Shown piece after piece: positions 33,001-41,426 of a DNA stretch of 64,000 nucleotides. The translations under genes were made by a program, and so were the position numbers. The first letter of the stretch is position 1. Every line of letters begins with the position of its first letter. The DNA comes from a virus (Duplodnaviria; Caudoviricetes), in the IMG/VR virus record IMGVR_UViG_3300026549_000063, positions 1 through 64,000 of that record; one strand, written 5' to 3'. The notes beneath the pieces are model-generated. The model was given only the letters and a program-made list of their open reading frames with translations. It did not search any database and was not told the origin of the DNA.

Positions 33001-35891
33001 CTAATGGAACCGGTGCAAATCCTGAACAGACTATGAGCGATCTTGCTAAGCAGTCGTATAAGTACGATCCTAAGGATATACCTACTTCTGCTGAAGCATT
33101 CAAATACTTCGCTAGAATTTACAACTCTGATAGGAATCAACTTACTGCTGACATTATTTCGCTAGTAGACAAAGAAGCTAAAGCTATCGATGACTACTGG
33201 AGTTCCAAGGGAATAGAATATTCCGAAGCAGCTCTTACTAAGTGGTTTGATGATAAGAAAGCTGCTGCTGAGAAGACAGCTGATCACAAAGCCATGGCTA
33301 ATGGTGGTGTTATTGACTGGCTCAGAGGCGGTGTAGTCAAAGGCAGAACTGATATCGGAAACGTTACGGTTGGCGAAGCTGGTGCTGAAACTGTATTACC
33401 TCACAAGGGCGGTGGAAGATTTAACCAACTTCTAACTAACGCTATACGTTCCACTTACGGTGCTAGGACAGCAAGCGCAGTTGACGATATACTTAATGGC
33501 AAGAGAACTATCAAAGCTTTACTTAGAGATGGCTTAGATGATAGAGGCCTTAGAGGTATAACGTTATCTCCTACTGACTTAATCCTGTACAATCTGTACA
33601 AGAAGTTCTTCCCTAAGCCTAGTGAAGTACTAGCCGGATCGGCTAATGGCGATAAAACTGAAACTGAAGATTCTACCGTAAACGACACTTGGTTAGATAA
33701 ACTCAAACGAGGAGATGTAGCCGGTGCGATAAAAGATAAAGCAACTGAGATCTATGAAGGTACGACTAGTAAAATAGCACATGCAGCCGGACGTATCTTT
33801 GGTAAAGATACTGAAGCTGTAATAGCTAAGGAAAATAAAGCCAGAGTAGCAGCACAGGCAGCTGTCAGTGACGATAGTACCCTTAAACTAGGTGCCAGAA
33901 TCTGGAAATACTTCACTAGCCACGGCTGGAGCGAATCTGCTGTAGCTGGACTGCTCGGTAACTTACAGAAAGAATCTGGTGTTGAATGTATACGTGTTCA
34001 GAATGATGTTTCCAGAGACCGTAAGAAGAGTATCGATTACACTAACAGTGTAGGTTCTGTCAGAGATCAATTTATCAAAGATAGTAAAGGATACGGCTTA
34101 GCACAATGGACAACCTCGAATAGAAAAGCAGGTCTTTGGGATCTTGCTGTAAGCAGAGGTAAATCTGTCGGTGATGCTGATGTTCAGATAGAGTTCCTCT
34201 TTACTGAATTTGAGCGAGGAACACCAGCTGATAAAGAACCTGGCAGCAAACTATGCAACGTAATTGGAAAGAACTCACTAGCACAACTTAAGAAGAGCCA
34301 AGATGTACAAGAAGCTACTTGGATAGTTCTTAGTCAGTTTGAGAAACCTTATGTAATATTACACGGAAAGGAAGAAGCGAAAGCAGCTGAATTACAGGAA
34401 CGTTACACTAACGCAGTAGCCTGGTTCACCAGACTCTCGAAAGGTAAAGTTAATGCTATTAAGACAGAAGATATGCCTGAAATTCAGACTGACGATAATA
34501 CCCGTGACGCAGCCGGTGGTGTATCTTACAAAACCTCAGCTGATATCAGTGCTTCGGATAATGCTCCATCAAGCGTAGCTGGAGCTGTAAGTGGTATCAC
34601 AGGATCTGGTCAGCCTTCAGTTAGTTATACTAACGGGCAAGGTGGAGCAGGAGTAGGCATTCTCAAAGAAGAGAATCTACAACTGTCTTCTGCTGATCTA
34701 CCTGCAGATGCAGCTGATGCTCTAAACAAGCTGCGTGGTCTGCGTACGATGAAAGGCTCTACTACTATCTACGGCGGCGGTGGCTGGAAATCGGTAGCAC
34801 AACTCACACCTGAACTGATCAAACGTCTGTATATAGCTGGTAAACTCTACGAAGATGATAAAGGTGATAAAGCCAGAGGCTGGACTATAACTTCAGCTTA
34901 CCGGTCTTATCAGGATCAGGCAAGAATACATGCAAGGCAGCCTGGTAACTCGGCTTTACCTGGTCGTTCAGCACACGAATCGCACTACGCTGTAGATCTC
35001 GGTGATGCTAACGGCGGTGGCGTCATGGGTAAAGGCTACAACGTAAGAAATACTGTTGCAGATGAACTGGAACCGTATCTCAACGCTGTTGGTATAACCC
35101 GTGTCTATAAGCCTAAGCATAACGAAGAACAACATTTTGAATTAAAGAGAAGCGGATTACCCGATATCTCGAAGTTTATCAATACGGCTAATGCTAAATC
35201 AGCTATAACCGAAAGTAAACAAGAGATAAATAAAGAACCTAAGACAGATAGCTCACCGACAGATAGTAAGGAAGATGCTGCTGTTAAAGCTGCTAATAGT
35301 ACAGGTAAAGATACCTCTATAGCTGAGCCGGAAGTTGCATCTGCAGCAACAGGAGTAACTTATCCAGATAGTTATAGCGGTGAAACTAAACAGTTAGTTG
35401 CAGACAGAGCCGCAGCTAATGCAGCTGCTGATGCTGCAGCGACTACTTCAACTACAACTGATACTGCAACCCAGCAGATACAATCCAATGCTCCTAAGAT
35501 AACAACAACTAGCGTTGCCAACAACGTAGCTGAGGTTAACAACGGAAGTGCTGGTATGCTTACAGCTCTTAATTACCAAAGTACTATACTTGAAGCAATT
35601 AAGAATTCTGTAACTAATATCTGCAAAACTATGCAGCCCGGTGATACTAAGAATAACAACAGTAGTTCTACTACTGTCACTAAGCCTGCAACTAATAGTA
35701 ATGATTTAGCTAATGTAATAGTTAACGCTATGAGAGAAGGTTTCGCAGCGATGAGTGAACAGCTGGCGCAGGTACTTAAGGCTAATACCCTTACCACATC
35801 AACTGGAAATACATCTATGCAGCCTACTACTAGAAAAGTGCAAATAAAAGAATTTCCTGTAAATACAGCTAAAACAAAACAACATAGATAG
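24081..35891 (+). CDS. Giant tail/tape-measure protein (phiKZ gp181-like) with phage tail lysozyme and M15 peptidase domains
   Basis: 3936 aa. Conserved N-terminus (LELKYKQLY, LPD-DK), G/A-rich TMP repeats, GEAGAETVLP motif. Tail lysozyme motifs AGLLGNLQKESG and GYGLAQWT (~33890-34440); VanY/M15 motifs SAYRS, SAHESHYAVD, EEQH (~34880-35145). Confidence 0.85.
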   Translation: MSFFDKKSKDPTSKDAKHEFDRDNLDSELDDLLNDNFDYQSDEDIVDPDKRHPIIKKLRDVGIDVDAIKSNALEGAGEGIKNAIDKSMPNVSRTWEGGQNLLSELDTLKTESLDKIIPAYNATMRSAKRMATSLAGRLPFKLDKKIAALIDKIHEPDEGGYEPKSKDQIREESQKNAMAAIFQAEQQERVEDKREATIEKTFDRRVGQIHHQETASILNVIRNQSVFQTAFTRGTFTAYLKKDLELKYKQLYATQDLLESHKLMVKSFQERLDAIRKNTALPDVDKITSTELIKKKVKEGLLNTVGNKLGSYFGDMRKNIMEQYVKPFISQMEMGTTAMDMLGGNMDMMLGKAPEEFQWSDVGRMGLNFGVKKVFSGFTKQLTNKMLDSLDPATRAKVEGYLSLGENGIKLLINDYAAGRIGDPDKLSGLKDFLANITPDLRQSDEISTSNYADLDKGGKLSNRTILTIEKIIPAYLRSQTKYLEILATGNTNAEEQVWDFKKNQLTTTSAYVESVQKELAGSRNTLLYERQGNLNSARDLLETNFKKQNAALYKEMDKQLANYADGITAVMGGMAASNYAIDHGGDEILLDFQRIKSSLEAENTDYEDNALFKAAYGNVKPDKVLNVTEWFIKLLTDPKTNELNKGMALQLRNKINEISINSTNREANVMLATMADQDASISKKVNVTHTDKYGRTYIDRNKVNNLREQYNGSLTAKEIAGSTLNTKAQMRREAYNRMSAADQAKEDRAIRRVENFLYTDEGKEALKKFLTEDRAGKKIFKEYQRNNPGKTVDEAIKDNDPDLLNEVKYAPGMRAKAAGKAGSFFEMIGKFFGAEGLENIGAAAADKAYDVAMSNALKVINKFGKSLGDIRSVFVDENGHVRKLDNIDETVITNWLMSVPDKVKFLQLVESNRELQIVIDQMPDFAWEAINYLKANPDEFDNLSSDEAGIDKLSNNIENFENNEQNKIAQDFTQTTKSKSLRNLNRSYRKANVRAPKGPKPSGRNGNTQPNGGLNTAAFNNLVTLTQTQNATVDFIKSDVSKIAALLDQHFGGNGGAGNTQPNGNGPNGPSGSPTPTSIDLSTLSGSLNIDNVDMRTGIGNLDKSVSKMLDFMKHNTDTLDNLYKTAEKITTEHKKSSRERGRSNNKAMLSVVKAIAADVVEIKENTGKSANDIASIRTNTDPTEAAAQDKKKKKGLFNTIFVQPLAAAIKGSVAGLSFALNNATSMIYTLFTGKKLKKGFGDFGSKLGSAGHGIVDLGGSAISSVIKFIKDIHPFEKVTKVASTAFNAAAGQVAQTYSGLTRAYDDVYSSRQQDKSKPLVSGEAFRDGLVVDAKGHKVRTVYDIKGPCYQWDKENNRIGNMLISSEDITEGEGLIFADGKPIKSSFLSRFASKVRRVGTIATDAIFSLPGLVGGALKKAMKLTSWLFTKRDPFIDVYIIDKDTAEFKKVINGKDLVNNKTTRKYVVKGFGPGDWVPVKSAYGIEKEVYEFKDGSYQVIIDDDDLKNGLYDANGNRLTKWRGASIAGKAAQVAGKAMRIAGSLALKGVKLAGKAIKGAAGKVMKLFRGGLHVLGESGTAVGKFITSAFSSVVSTLTGFGITRNDLIDIIGDRLIDIYELLDARMPGGSVAGDNDGSGYRDGSYRDYQKRKEEERKKRKQKQEEQEKKKNKDKAEMAADGEPNDGPEEADENNSSGEGGSSIWDWMMAASGISALKDTAGGWWEKKKQNGLRRARIARRRAGRRLRSMGRAAGRGIRGGARMMGRAAGTMLGGVGRAAGAVLGGAGRAAGTVLGAGARGVLGLAGGALRLGGGLLGLTGRVAAGLLSGPIGWALTLGTVGYYTYKLASDSGTTKLFRIPRAKAYGLTTKQWEAFEDLETDTYNAWKNGQEGVDNDRLEQFGEKIDFIGGMGYFDAGDDDSEANKIEFLTQWYRARFLPAYKDYVKIICQVTNNDGKKQPKADDVDASKAYAVKQALDKALEKYASGPASKLVPNKQCFIKWLADRRKDAKFREKEEQRNRNKEFSKSNFSRAGKDFSYSWNELKHGNLLNATYAFGKGIRDSIFGLFGSIADMAKDFYSEDVSSYDQAWREAKLVAYNFKKKEAAINRNKEVGIPFGPIGIAFDLTRSLVTGITTTDKIEFLDNLEDKARPIVDQERPDLDRTELTELADELIPDEEIKASAKKFGGNTKEVEDAKVDYISTWWNRIFMPIFTMYLRALRAVTKTDIGDKPHLNSVPKEIRAQTIDAFKKGASDYKSKNKLFDLIPTAKGYAEWYMAIDKTAIDSATTVRRSKSVGEKVTEAFQGTGHQFGEAWDKLWEGDFKGSWRSLTKGTKKLLTGIGKSITGIGESIGDYFYGRGSNTVEKNSWRELRYKYYNYPNATIGVEDPTTKARLAAIEELEKKALATVEEGEDAANNLINTGLDDKVLEKFGITIGFIRPKKGIANSRGRRGNVRAQVDYSDKDNKWAKDFIRYWVEHVFLPVYKDYVTIVSIYTEREPGDNVNPDDIKKEEREEAMEYFKKAASPKAAKYKDYPMSSKGYVKFIKELLAYEKATAEGKGNAPVTSAVSATLAANSEKNKNEVTNRINSVTTGMGKDGDKGVAEATTKAASTLDQDIAIVTRSSGSNPKSMAAYLGVPDAEDKKIPAKWKNILTAGSIKTQFFQARLRSYSNVLGTPPGVYLGDTFKDNLEGKWFRAFRDLFDKVTSGRNAQDSLEKSLFDYQNNGASSTFAENVSKLAAFTFFQLGNPDAVRIAASKWEHPSWMDPDGNRTNPDISKNIDDCIQYINNDLKKMGRKTEDDVAVADWLESVVDKLNKWANIVREWVSWVINPVFAYYTSFVNKLTGHDDTVMPDPTAIPAAQRRNALIMFLTRAEKICSSASRPYLRDFNLGTGLFNIPVAQIMEAYDKFTAKDNTANNIGTKGSIKRNGAPGSDKNTNKDNDKSKDNAAEPANNEGAAGKSGSTQSGTQSPNANGTGANPEQTMSDLAKQSYKYDPKDIPTSAEAFKYFARIYNSDRNQLTADIISLVDKEAKAIDDYWSSKGIEYSEAALTKWFDDKKAAAEKTADHKAMANGGVIDWLRGGVVKGRTDIGNVTVGEAGAETVLPHKGGGRFNQLLTNAIRSTYGARTASAVDDILNGKRTIKALLRDGLDDRGLRGITLSPTDLILYNLYKKFFPKPSEVLAGSANGDKTETEDSTVNDTWLDKLKRGDVAGAIKDKATEIYEGTTSKIAHAAGRIFGKDTEAVIAKENKARVAAQAAVSDDSTLKLGARIWKYFTSHGWSESAVAGLLGNLQKESGVECIRVQNDVSRDRKKSIDYTNSVGSVRDQFIKDSKGYGLAQWTTSNRKAGLWDLAVSRGKSVGDADVQIEFLFTEFERGTPADKEPGSKLCNVIGKNSLAQLKKSQDVQEATWIVLSQFEKPYVILHGKEEAKAAELQERYTNAVAWFTRLSKGKVNAIKTEDMPEIQTDDNTRDAAGGVSYKTSADISASDNAPSSVAGAVSGITGSGQPSVSYTNGQGGAGVGILKEENLQLSSADLPADAADALNKLRGLRTMKGSTTIYGGGGWKSVAQLTPELIKRLYIAGKLYEDDKGDKARGWTITSAYRSYQDQARIHARQPGNSALPGRSAHESHYAVDLGDANGGGVMGKGYNVRNTVADELEPYLNAVGITRVYKPKHNEEQHFELKRSGLPDISKFINTANAKSAITESKQEINKEPKTDSSPTDSKEDAAVKAANSTGKDTSIAEPEVASAATGVTYPDSYSGETKQLVADRAAANAAADAAATTSTTTDTATQQIQSNAPKITTTSVANNVAEVNNGSAGMLTALNYQSTILEAIKNSVTNICKTMQPGDTKNNNSSSTTVTKPATNSNDLANVIVNAMREGFAAMSEQLAQVLKANTLTTSTGNTSMQPTTRKVQIKEFPVNTAKTKQHR

Positions 35892-35897
35892 TAACTA

Positions 35898-35938
35898 CAA
35901 GGACTAGGGTTAAATTCCCTAGTCCTTGTTTTTTTTAC
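35898..35938 (+). terminator. Intrinsic terminator
   Basis: ACAAGGACTAGGG-ttaaatt-CCCTAGTCCTTGT followed by a T-run. Confidence 0.85.
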
Positions 35939-35976
35939 TATTAAATAGGTAATTACCCTATAAGAGGTATAAGTAA

Positions 35977-36351
35977 ATGGCATTAAGTGCTTTATTCCCT
36001 GGTATGGAAGCATACCTTGATGGTGATGTTGAGATCAACAACAATGTTACTACCCCTGAAGATGATGCAGTAGCAGCTGCGGATCAGTCTGCTGAGATAG
36101 CTAATGATGTAGCTGATGCTAATGTAGAAGCTAAAGACTCTGAAGTACAAGCTCAGATGCTTATACAGATGAGTAAGCTATATACTCATGTTAAGACTTA
36201 TGGTATCGACAGAACATTTGTATCACTGTATAATCAAAACGGTGAGTTAGATCGTATGTGTGGTATAAGATTCCCTAGTTGTGAATCTATGCCAGCTACT
36301 GGTAACCCTTATAGTCAGTATTCTTCTAGATTTATAGCTGCTATGGAAGAT
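35977..36351 (+). repeat. Dispersed 375-nt repeat, copy 2 (propeptide-coding)
   Basis: Colinear with 12642-13016. Confidence 0.9.
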
Positions 36352-37176
36352 GGTAATAAAGGAATTTGGGCAAGTATCAAAAAATTCTTTGCAACTATCT
36401 GGCATTGGCTTAAAACAACAGCTCAAACTGTTTGGCAAAAAATAAAATCTCTCTTTGGCGTTAAAATTAAAGAATGTGATAAAGTTATTCTCGAGTTCGA
36501 TAAGAAATGCGGCATGCTTGATGAAATTCAAGTTAAAGGGCTGTTTACCGTTGATAGGCTATCTGGCGCAGTCAAATCACTAGATAGCCTAATAAATTCA
36601 TTGAATAATGATGACTTTATCGGGTCCCTAACACTATTATATCAGTACACTGATAGCGTTAAAAAGCAAATGGCGGATGGCAACCATTCCGGTACCGATA
36701 ATACAATTAACAAAATAACTTCTTTGGTCAAAGGAGAATTAACTGAGCAGATAAACAATAGTATAAAACTACTGCAAGATCTAATTTCATCAAGTTCATT
36801 TGGTATTGGTAGTGATGAATCCAAAACAATGTCTGGCAAAGAAATTATTACACGTGCCAAAGAAATTATTGCGCACACTAAGAAGTCACAAACAAACGGA
36901 TTTGAAGCTTTATTTAAGTTCTGGAATGAAGAAGCCGAGAAATTACTAAAAGAAGCCAATTCTTTTATCGCGGCAATAGATCCTATGAAAGGCGGTGCCG
37001 GAGACAGTAGTGAAACAGTAGCTGCACAAGAAGCTGCCAATGCAATGATTACACTAGCAAAAAATATGCAAGAAAGATTAGAGAAACTTCAGAAAACCAG
37101 TATGAAAGGCTTGGATATGGTTAGTACCGTTATCGATGAGCTCAAAAGAATAATGAATACTTATAAGAATAAATAA
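35977..37176 (+). CDS. Inner-head/ejection protein paralog with acidic propeptide
   Basis: Leader nearly identical to that of 12642, ending in A-M-E then GIWASIKKFFATIWHWL; C-terminal region has no visible similarity. Confidence 0.7.
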   Translation: MALSALFPGMEAYLDGDVEINNNVTTPEDDAVAAADQSAEIANDVADANVEAKDSEVQAQMLIQMSKLYTHVKTYGIDRTFVSLYNQNGELDRMCGIRFPSCESMPATGNPYSQYSSRFIAAMEDGNKGIWASIKKFFATIWHWLKTTAQTVWQKIKSLFGVKIKECDKVILEFDKKCGMLDEIQVKGLFTVDRLSGAVKSLDSLINSLNNDDFIGSLTLLYQYTDSVKKQMADGNHSGTDNTINKITSLVKGELTEQINNSIKLLQDLISSSSFGIGSDESKTMSGKEIITRAKEIIAHTKKSQTNGFEALFKFWNEEAEKLLKEANSFIAAIDPMKGGAGDSSETVAAQEAANAMITLAKNMQERLEKLQKTSMKGLDMVSTVIDELKRIMNTYKNK

Positions 37177-37356
37177 TTCAATTTAGCTAAATCAGCAGAT
37201 ATATCTAGAGAGATCCCTATCCGGGATCTCTCTACTATAAATGTTAATAGCGGTAAAACCAAAGATGCCAAAAAGCTGAATATCTCAGGTTTAATTTTCG
37301 CCCATCACTAACAAAACTATACTTTAGACATAATACTTACATTGGAGAATTTGGCT

Positions 37357-39555
37357 ATGACAGAAAAATCATCAGAGATTAAATTCAATGAAAGGCTGTC
37401 AGATGGCGGTGACTGGCTATCTGAACCTTACATCATAAGTTTAGGTAAAAATTTTGAAAACCTAGAAGATAATTTCAAGAATATAACTAATGATTACGAA
37501 GGCGGCAACGGTAAAGAAAATTCTGTAGATTTCTTTAGTATGGCTGGCGATAGCACGAAAGATGATAGAACGCTTGCTCAGAATATGGTAAAACGTCCTT
37601 ATCACCAGGATACTAGAGTTGGTGCTAATGACGCTATTAACTGTCTTTGGCAATTTAACAGAGATGATGACATTGTTCATCCTGTGTTAGTAACTGAAGG
37701 CCCTATAGGATCTAAACAACAGATAGGTATGGGCCGTGTATATGCGTCCACTACTCAATACAATCAGCAAATATGCTGGTTCACTTTCGGCATACCCTAT
37801 TTCACTAACCTTGGAAGATTTTATCAAACAGCATTCGATCAGGATCTCATAGGGTTAAACAATAACGCTATGGTCAGTACTGCTGAAAAAATAGGTCGTA
37901 TCTTTGGAGGAGCTGTATCACTTGTTGTTACATTGCCTTGTCTACTCTTCAAAGGACCTTACTTAATGGGTAAGTTTACAAAAAAATACCCTGTTAATAG
38001 GTTCTACGAACTTCGTACTACTATGCATATGTATTATGGCTATGTTGATAGTATACTGGCACGATGGTTAGTCGATACTGGTTTATGGTTTAACGGAGAT
38101 TTTCAAGGTGGTACAGATGGTACCGGTTACGTACCTGCTGCATTGCGTTGCACTGGCGCAAGTATTTGGGATATACTACGACGTAGAGCAAGAGTAGCTT
38201 CAACAAGTGTAAGCAGAACTAATTCTGGTGTACGGCCAGATATGATGAATGTAGGACTAGATGCCTTCTATGAAGAACGTGATAAAGATTTAACAACTAT
38301 TCCTGGAATGTATCAGCATGGTGCCGGAGGAGCTTCTGGTACATTAACTGAAGAAAAAATGAACAAGTTATTTGAGGTTAACGATCCTACTAATAATGAT
38401 AATGATCTTAATAAAGTTCAGGAAAAAAGTAAGTCTTCGCCTCAGCAATCGGCAAATGGTAAAGCGGCAGGAGCATATGTAGCTAATGAAAATGCTAAAA
38501 CATCATCAAGCAGCGGAGGTGTACTAGCAGGCGTAGGATCAGCAAGTGATAACTTAGATTACAACAATTATGTAAATAAGAGTACAGAAAAAACGCTGTT
38601 CTCTCCTGAGCCTAAAGATTGGGCATCTGAATTCTGGCACTCCATGTTAGGTGCTAGTGAATTCTTAGGATTCCGTATAACTAACAGTACCGATGCATCC
38701 GAATCATTTAGTAACTCTACTCAGGAATCAGCATTTGCCAGAGCTTACAACGAAAAAGTATCATCTGCTATGCATGTTCAGAATGATATCGCCGGAGGCG
38801 CTCAAGGAGCTGTGTCTGCAGATCAAAACTTCCTACAGAAAGGTGTAGGCATGGTAAAAAATCTGATTGGTGGCGTTCTTGGTGCACTTAAGTCATTCGA
38901 CTGTTTAGGTATAACTGATTTAGGGCAAGCCCTCATGCAAGGCTCGTGGATAGACATACCTGAACAATATAGCGGATCTGATTTTAATAAAAGTCACTCA
39001 CTATCTATACAGCTAAGATCTCCCTACGGGGATATGGTTAGTATTTATCAGTCTATCATTGTACCTCTTGCCTGCTTGTTAGCCGGAACACTTCCGCGTG
39101 GTTCTGGAGAAAATTCCTATACGCAACCGTTCCTTTGTCGTGTATATTGCAAAGGTATGTTCGCCGTACCCATGGGCATCATCGATAGTCTATCTATTAA
39201 ACGTGGTGACAGCGAATTCGGCTGGAACTACAATCAGATACCTCTATGTATAGATGTTTCACTATCTATTAAAGATATGTCTCCTATCATGTATCTAGCA
39301 TTGAATGATAGCGTATACGGCGGAATCTTTGCAACTGATTCAACTTTCAACCAATATCTAAATACTTTGTCTGGTATGGGACTGTTTGATCAGATTTCGG
39401 CATTCTCTAGAATAAAAAGAAATTTAGCTTACACCGCTCATAGACTTCGCAACAAAATATTTAACCCAGCATATTGGAGTTACTCTATTTCACAGTGGAA
39501 CGTAGTCCAAGGCGTTGCTGCCGTACTACCGGTAACCTCCATACCAAAGAACTAA
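37357..39555 (+). CDS. Conserved phiKZ-like virion (baseplate/tail) protein
   Basis: Long ORF; C-terminal LRSPYGD..SI.Q.IIVPLACLLAG.LPR..G.NSY..PFLC..Y.KG pattern recalled from jumbo-phage structural proteins. ATG at 37357 preferred over TTG at 37342. Confidence 0.6.
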   Translation: MTEKSSEIKFNERLSDGGDWLSEPYIISLGKNFENLEDNFKNITNDYEGGNGKENSVDFFSMAGDSTKDDRTLAQNMVKRPYHQDTRVGANDAINCLWQFNRDDDIVHPVLVTEGPIGSKQQIGMGRVYASTTQYNQQICWFTFGIPYFTNLGRFYQTAFDQDLIGLNNNAMVSTAEKIGRIFGGAVSLVVTLPCLLFKGPYLMGKFTKKYPVNRFYELRTTMHMYYGYVDSILARWLVDTGLWFNGDFQGGTDGTGYVPAALRCTGASIWDILRRRARVASTSVSRTNSGVRPDMMNVGLDAFYEERDKDLTTIPGMYQHGAGGASGTLTEEKMNKLFEVNDPTNNDNDLNKVQEKSKSSPQQSANGKAAGAYVANENAKTSSSSGGVLAGVGSASDNLDYNNYVNKSTEKTLFSPEPKDWASEFWHSMLGASEFLGFRITNSTDASESFSNSTQESAFARAYNEKVSSAMHVQNDIAGGAQGAVSADQNFLQKGVGMVKNLIGGVLGALKSFDCLGITDLGQALMQGSWIDIPEQYSGSDFNKSHSLSIQLRSPYGDMVSIYQSIIVPLACLLAGTLPRGSGENSYTQPFLCRVYCKGMFAVPMGIIDSLSIKRGDSEFGWNYNQIPLCIDVSLSIKDMSPIMYLALNDSVYGGIFATDSTFNQYLNTLSGMGLFDQISAFSRIKRNLAYTAHRLRNKIFNPAYWSYSISQWNVVQGVAAVLPVTSIPKN

Positions 39556-39560
39556 ACAGA

Positions 39561-39590
39561 AGCAGTGGGGTTCGTACGAACCCCACTGCT
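39561..39590. terminator. Bidirectional terminator (30-bp perfect palindrome)
   Basis: AGCAGTGGGGTTCGT|ACGAACCCCACTGCT between convergent genes. Confidence 0.85.
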
Positions 39591-39595
39591 GATCT

Positions 39596-41134
39596 TTATT
39601 TCTCTACCCCATCGGCTTTATCAGTTTCCTGATCACCACGATCCGTATCCATACAAACTTCATAAGCTGAAGCTATATGTTTAAGTTCGTCTATAAGTTC
39701 ATCGCATACAGTAAGCAGAGTCTCTCTGCATTTAGTTATATATGAAAACCTAGCAGAGTATACTTCCACAGCTTTCTTATTCTTCGAAACTACTTTCTTA
39801 ATAGTATTACCTAATTCACCGAACATAGCTGCAAATTGTTTAGTGCGTGCAGGTGACACTATCTCGCCAAGATATTCAAGCTCTTGAAAATAATTAGATA
39901 TAACATCAGGAGTATAACCTAGTTCGTAGACAGTTCCGCCTTTACGGGCTTTATTAAATCCTTCGAATTTAGCTCTATCGTCAGTAGCTGTCATATTAAC
40001 GCCTATTAGTTTGAATTTAGCTGTTAAAACAGTCATAATCTTTTTGAAATCATCACCGCTAACTTTGTCAACATTCACCGAACTAATAGCTTTGGAAATT
40101 TCTATGCAGCCCTTACTCATACCTACCCAGTTCTTAGCAGGAAGAGCATCTACCTTCATGCTTTTAAGTTTCTCTTCGTCAACGTAGCTAAGATACTTCT
40201 TAAACTTCCATCTGTAAAACTTAGCAAGAGCTTTAGTGGTCATCATACCTTTAACAGCACGTTTACCGGCTACCGAAAGATAATTAGCACATTTCTTAAC
40301 AATAGGAACGGCTCCCTCAATCGTATCTCCTACAACTGATACAATATCTTTAAGAAGTCCGCCTATACCGTAATTTGCAGTTTCTGGATCATTGAAAGTA
40401 GGAACATACTCCTCTAGACCAAATTCATACCACTTAGGCTTAGTATCATAAGGACTCATCATCTTAGCGTAGAATGAAGAACCTAAATCCCCTCCCAGAT
40501 CTCCGCCAAGGTCATCACCACCACCAAGATCTCCTCCACCTAGATCTCCACCAGTACCACCTGATCCATTATTAGTATTGTCTACAGTAGGTTCAGCCGG
40601 TTCTACCTCGCTGTCTATGATAGCAGCGTCAGCTGCATCAGCAGTTCCTGGAGAACAGCCGGCGCAACCAGGATCTGGAGTCCCAGCCTGCGTGCCATAT
40701 TCAAATTTTATCATACGAGTATGAAGTATATCGTACACCGACATCCGATAAAATGCAGTAGCTATCTTACTTTTATCTTTATCGTCGTCTTCGTCAGTAG
40801 CATGAAGATCAGCTGCTACGCTGGCAGTATCCTCATCTTCAGCCGAAGTGTCTTCAGTATTTTTATCTGTATCTTCTGTAGCTATAGATTCATCTGTACC
40901 GGTATCAGTGCCTAAATCGGAAGTATCGTCGGTTGTATTATCATCGTCATTATGCTGTTCACGATACTCCTTATCGTCATCTTCATCATCTTTTTCTTCA
41001 TCTTTTATCTGGTCTTCAGCTTCAGTAACTTCTTTGGGTTTTACAGTGGGAGCTGGTGTTTCTGAGAATGACTGAATCTGTTCATTCTCTTTATCTTCTA
41101 GCTCAAATAGAGCCATCATAGTTGATTGATCCAT
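39596..41134 (-). CDS. Head protein with long acidic propeptide
   Basis: D/E-rich N-terminal half with A-T-E and G-L-E candidate protease sites, then a basic helical region; GAGG RBS. Confidence 0.6.
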   Translation of the reverse strand: MDQSTMMALFELEDKENEQIQSFSETPAPTVKPKEVTEAEDQIKDEEKDDEDDDKEYREQHNDDDNTTDDTSDLGTDTGTDESIATEDTDKNTEDTSAEDEDTASVAADLHATDEDDDKDKSKIATAFYRMSVYDILHTRMIKFEYGTQAGTPDPGCAGCSPGTADAADAAIIDSEVEPAEPTVDNTNNGSGGTGGDLGGGDLGGGDDLGGDLGGDLGSSFYAKMMSPYDTKPKWYEFGLEEYVPTFNDPETANYGIGGLLKDIVSVVGDTIEGAVPIVKKCANYLSVAGKRAVKGMMTTKALAKFYRWKFKKYLSYVDEEKLKSMKVDALPAKNWVGMSKGCIEISKAISSVNVDKVSGDDFKKIMTVLTAKFKLIGVNMTATDDRAKFEGFNKARKGGTVYELGYTPDVISNYFQELEYLGEIVSPARTKQFAAMFGELGNTIKKVVSKNKKAVEVYSARFSYITKCRETLLTVCDELIDELKHIASAYEVCMDTDRGDQETDKADGVEK

Positions 41135-41246
41135 AGACTTAATACACCTCGTATTGTCTATAACGAAAGTCTATTTTATAGCATGTAGTCCACAATTTGA
41201 CTATCGTATACATGTGCGCACTGTTTATACTAAATAGGACAAAAAT

Positions 41247-41426
41247 ATGGAATCAAATACCGAGAAGCTAGTCAAGAGAACACTGGCTTACTTAATGAAA
41301 TGCGATATGACTAGATCTGCTATTTCTAGCATAGGCGCATCTAACAGCGTCGATAAGACTTCATTATCGGCTATGATTTACGACTGCGTAACTGCTGACA
41401 AAAACTCCAAGGGAGGTAAACGCTAA
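41247..41426 (+). CDS. Small ORF not in the track (59 aa), translationally coupled to the next gene
   Basis: MESNTEKLVKRTLAYLMKC...GGKR; AGGA RBS; its TAA overlaps the ATG at 41426. Confidence 0.55.
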   Translation: MESNTEKLVKRTLAYLMKCDMTRSAISSIGASNSVDKTSLSAMIYDCVTADKNSKGGKR

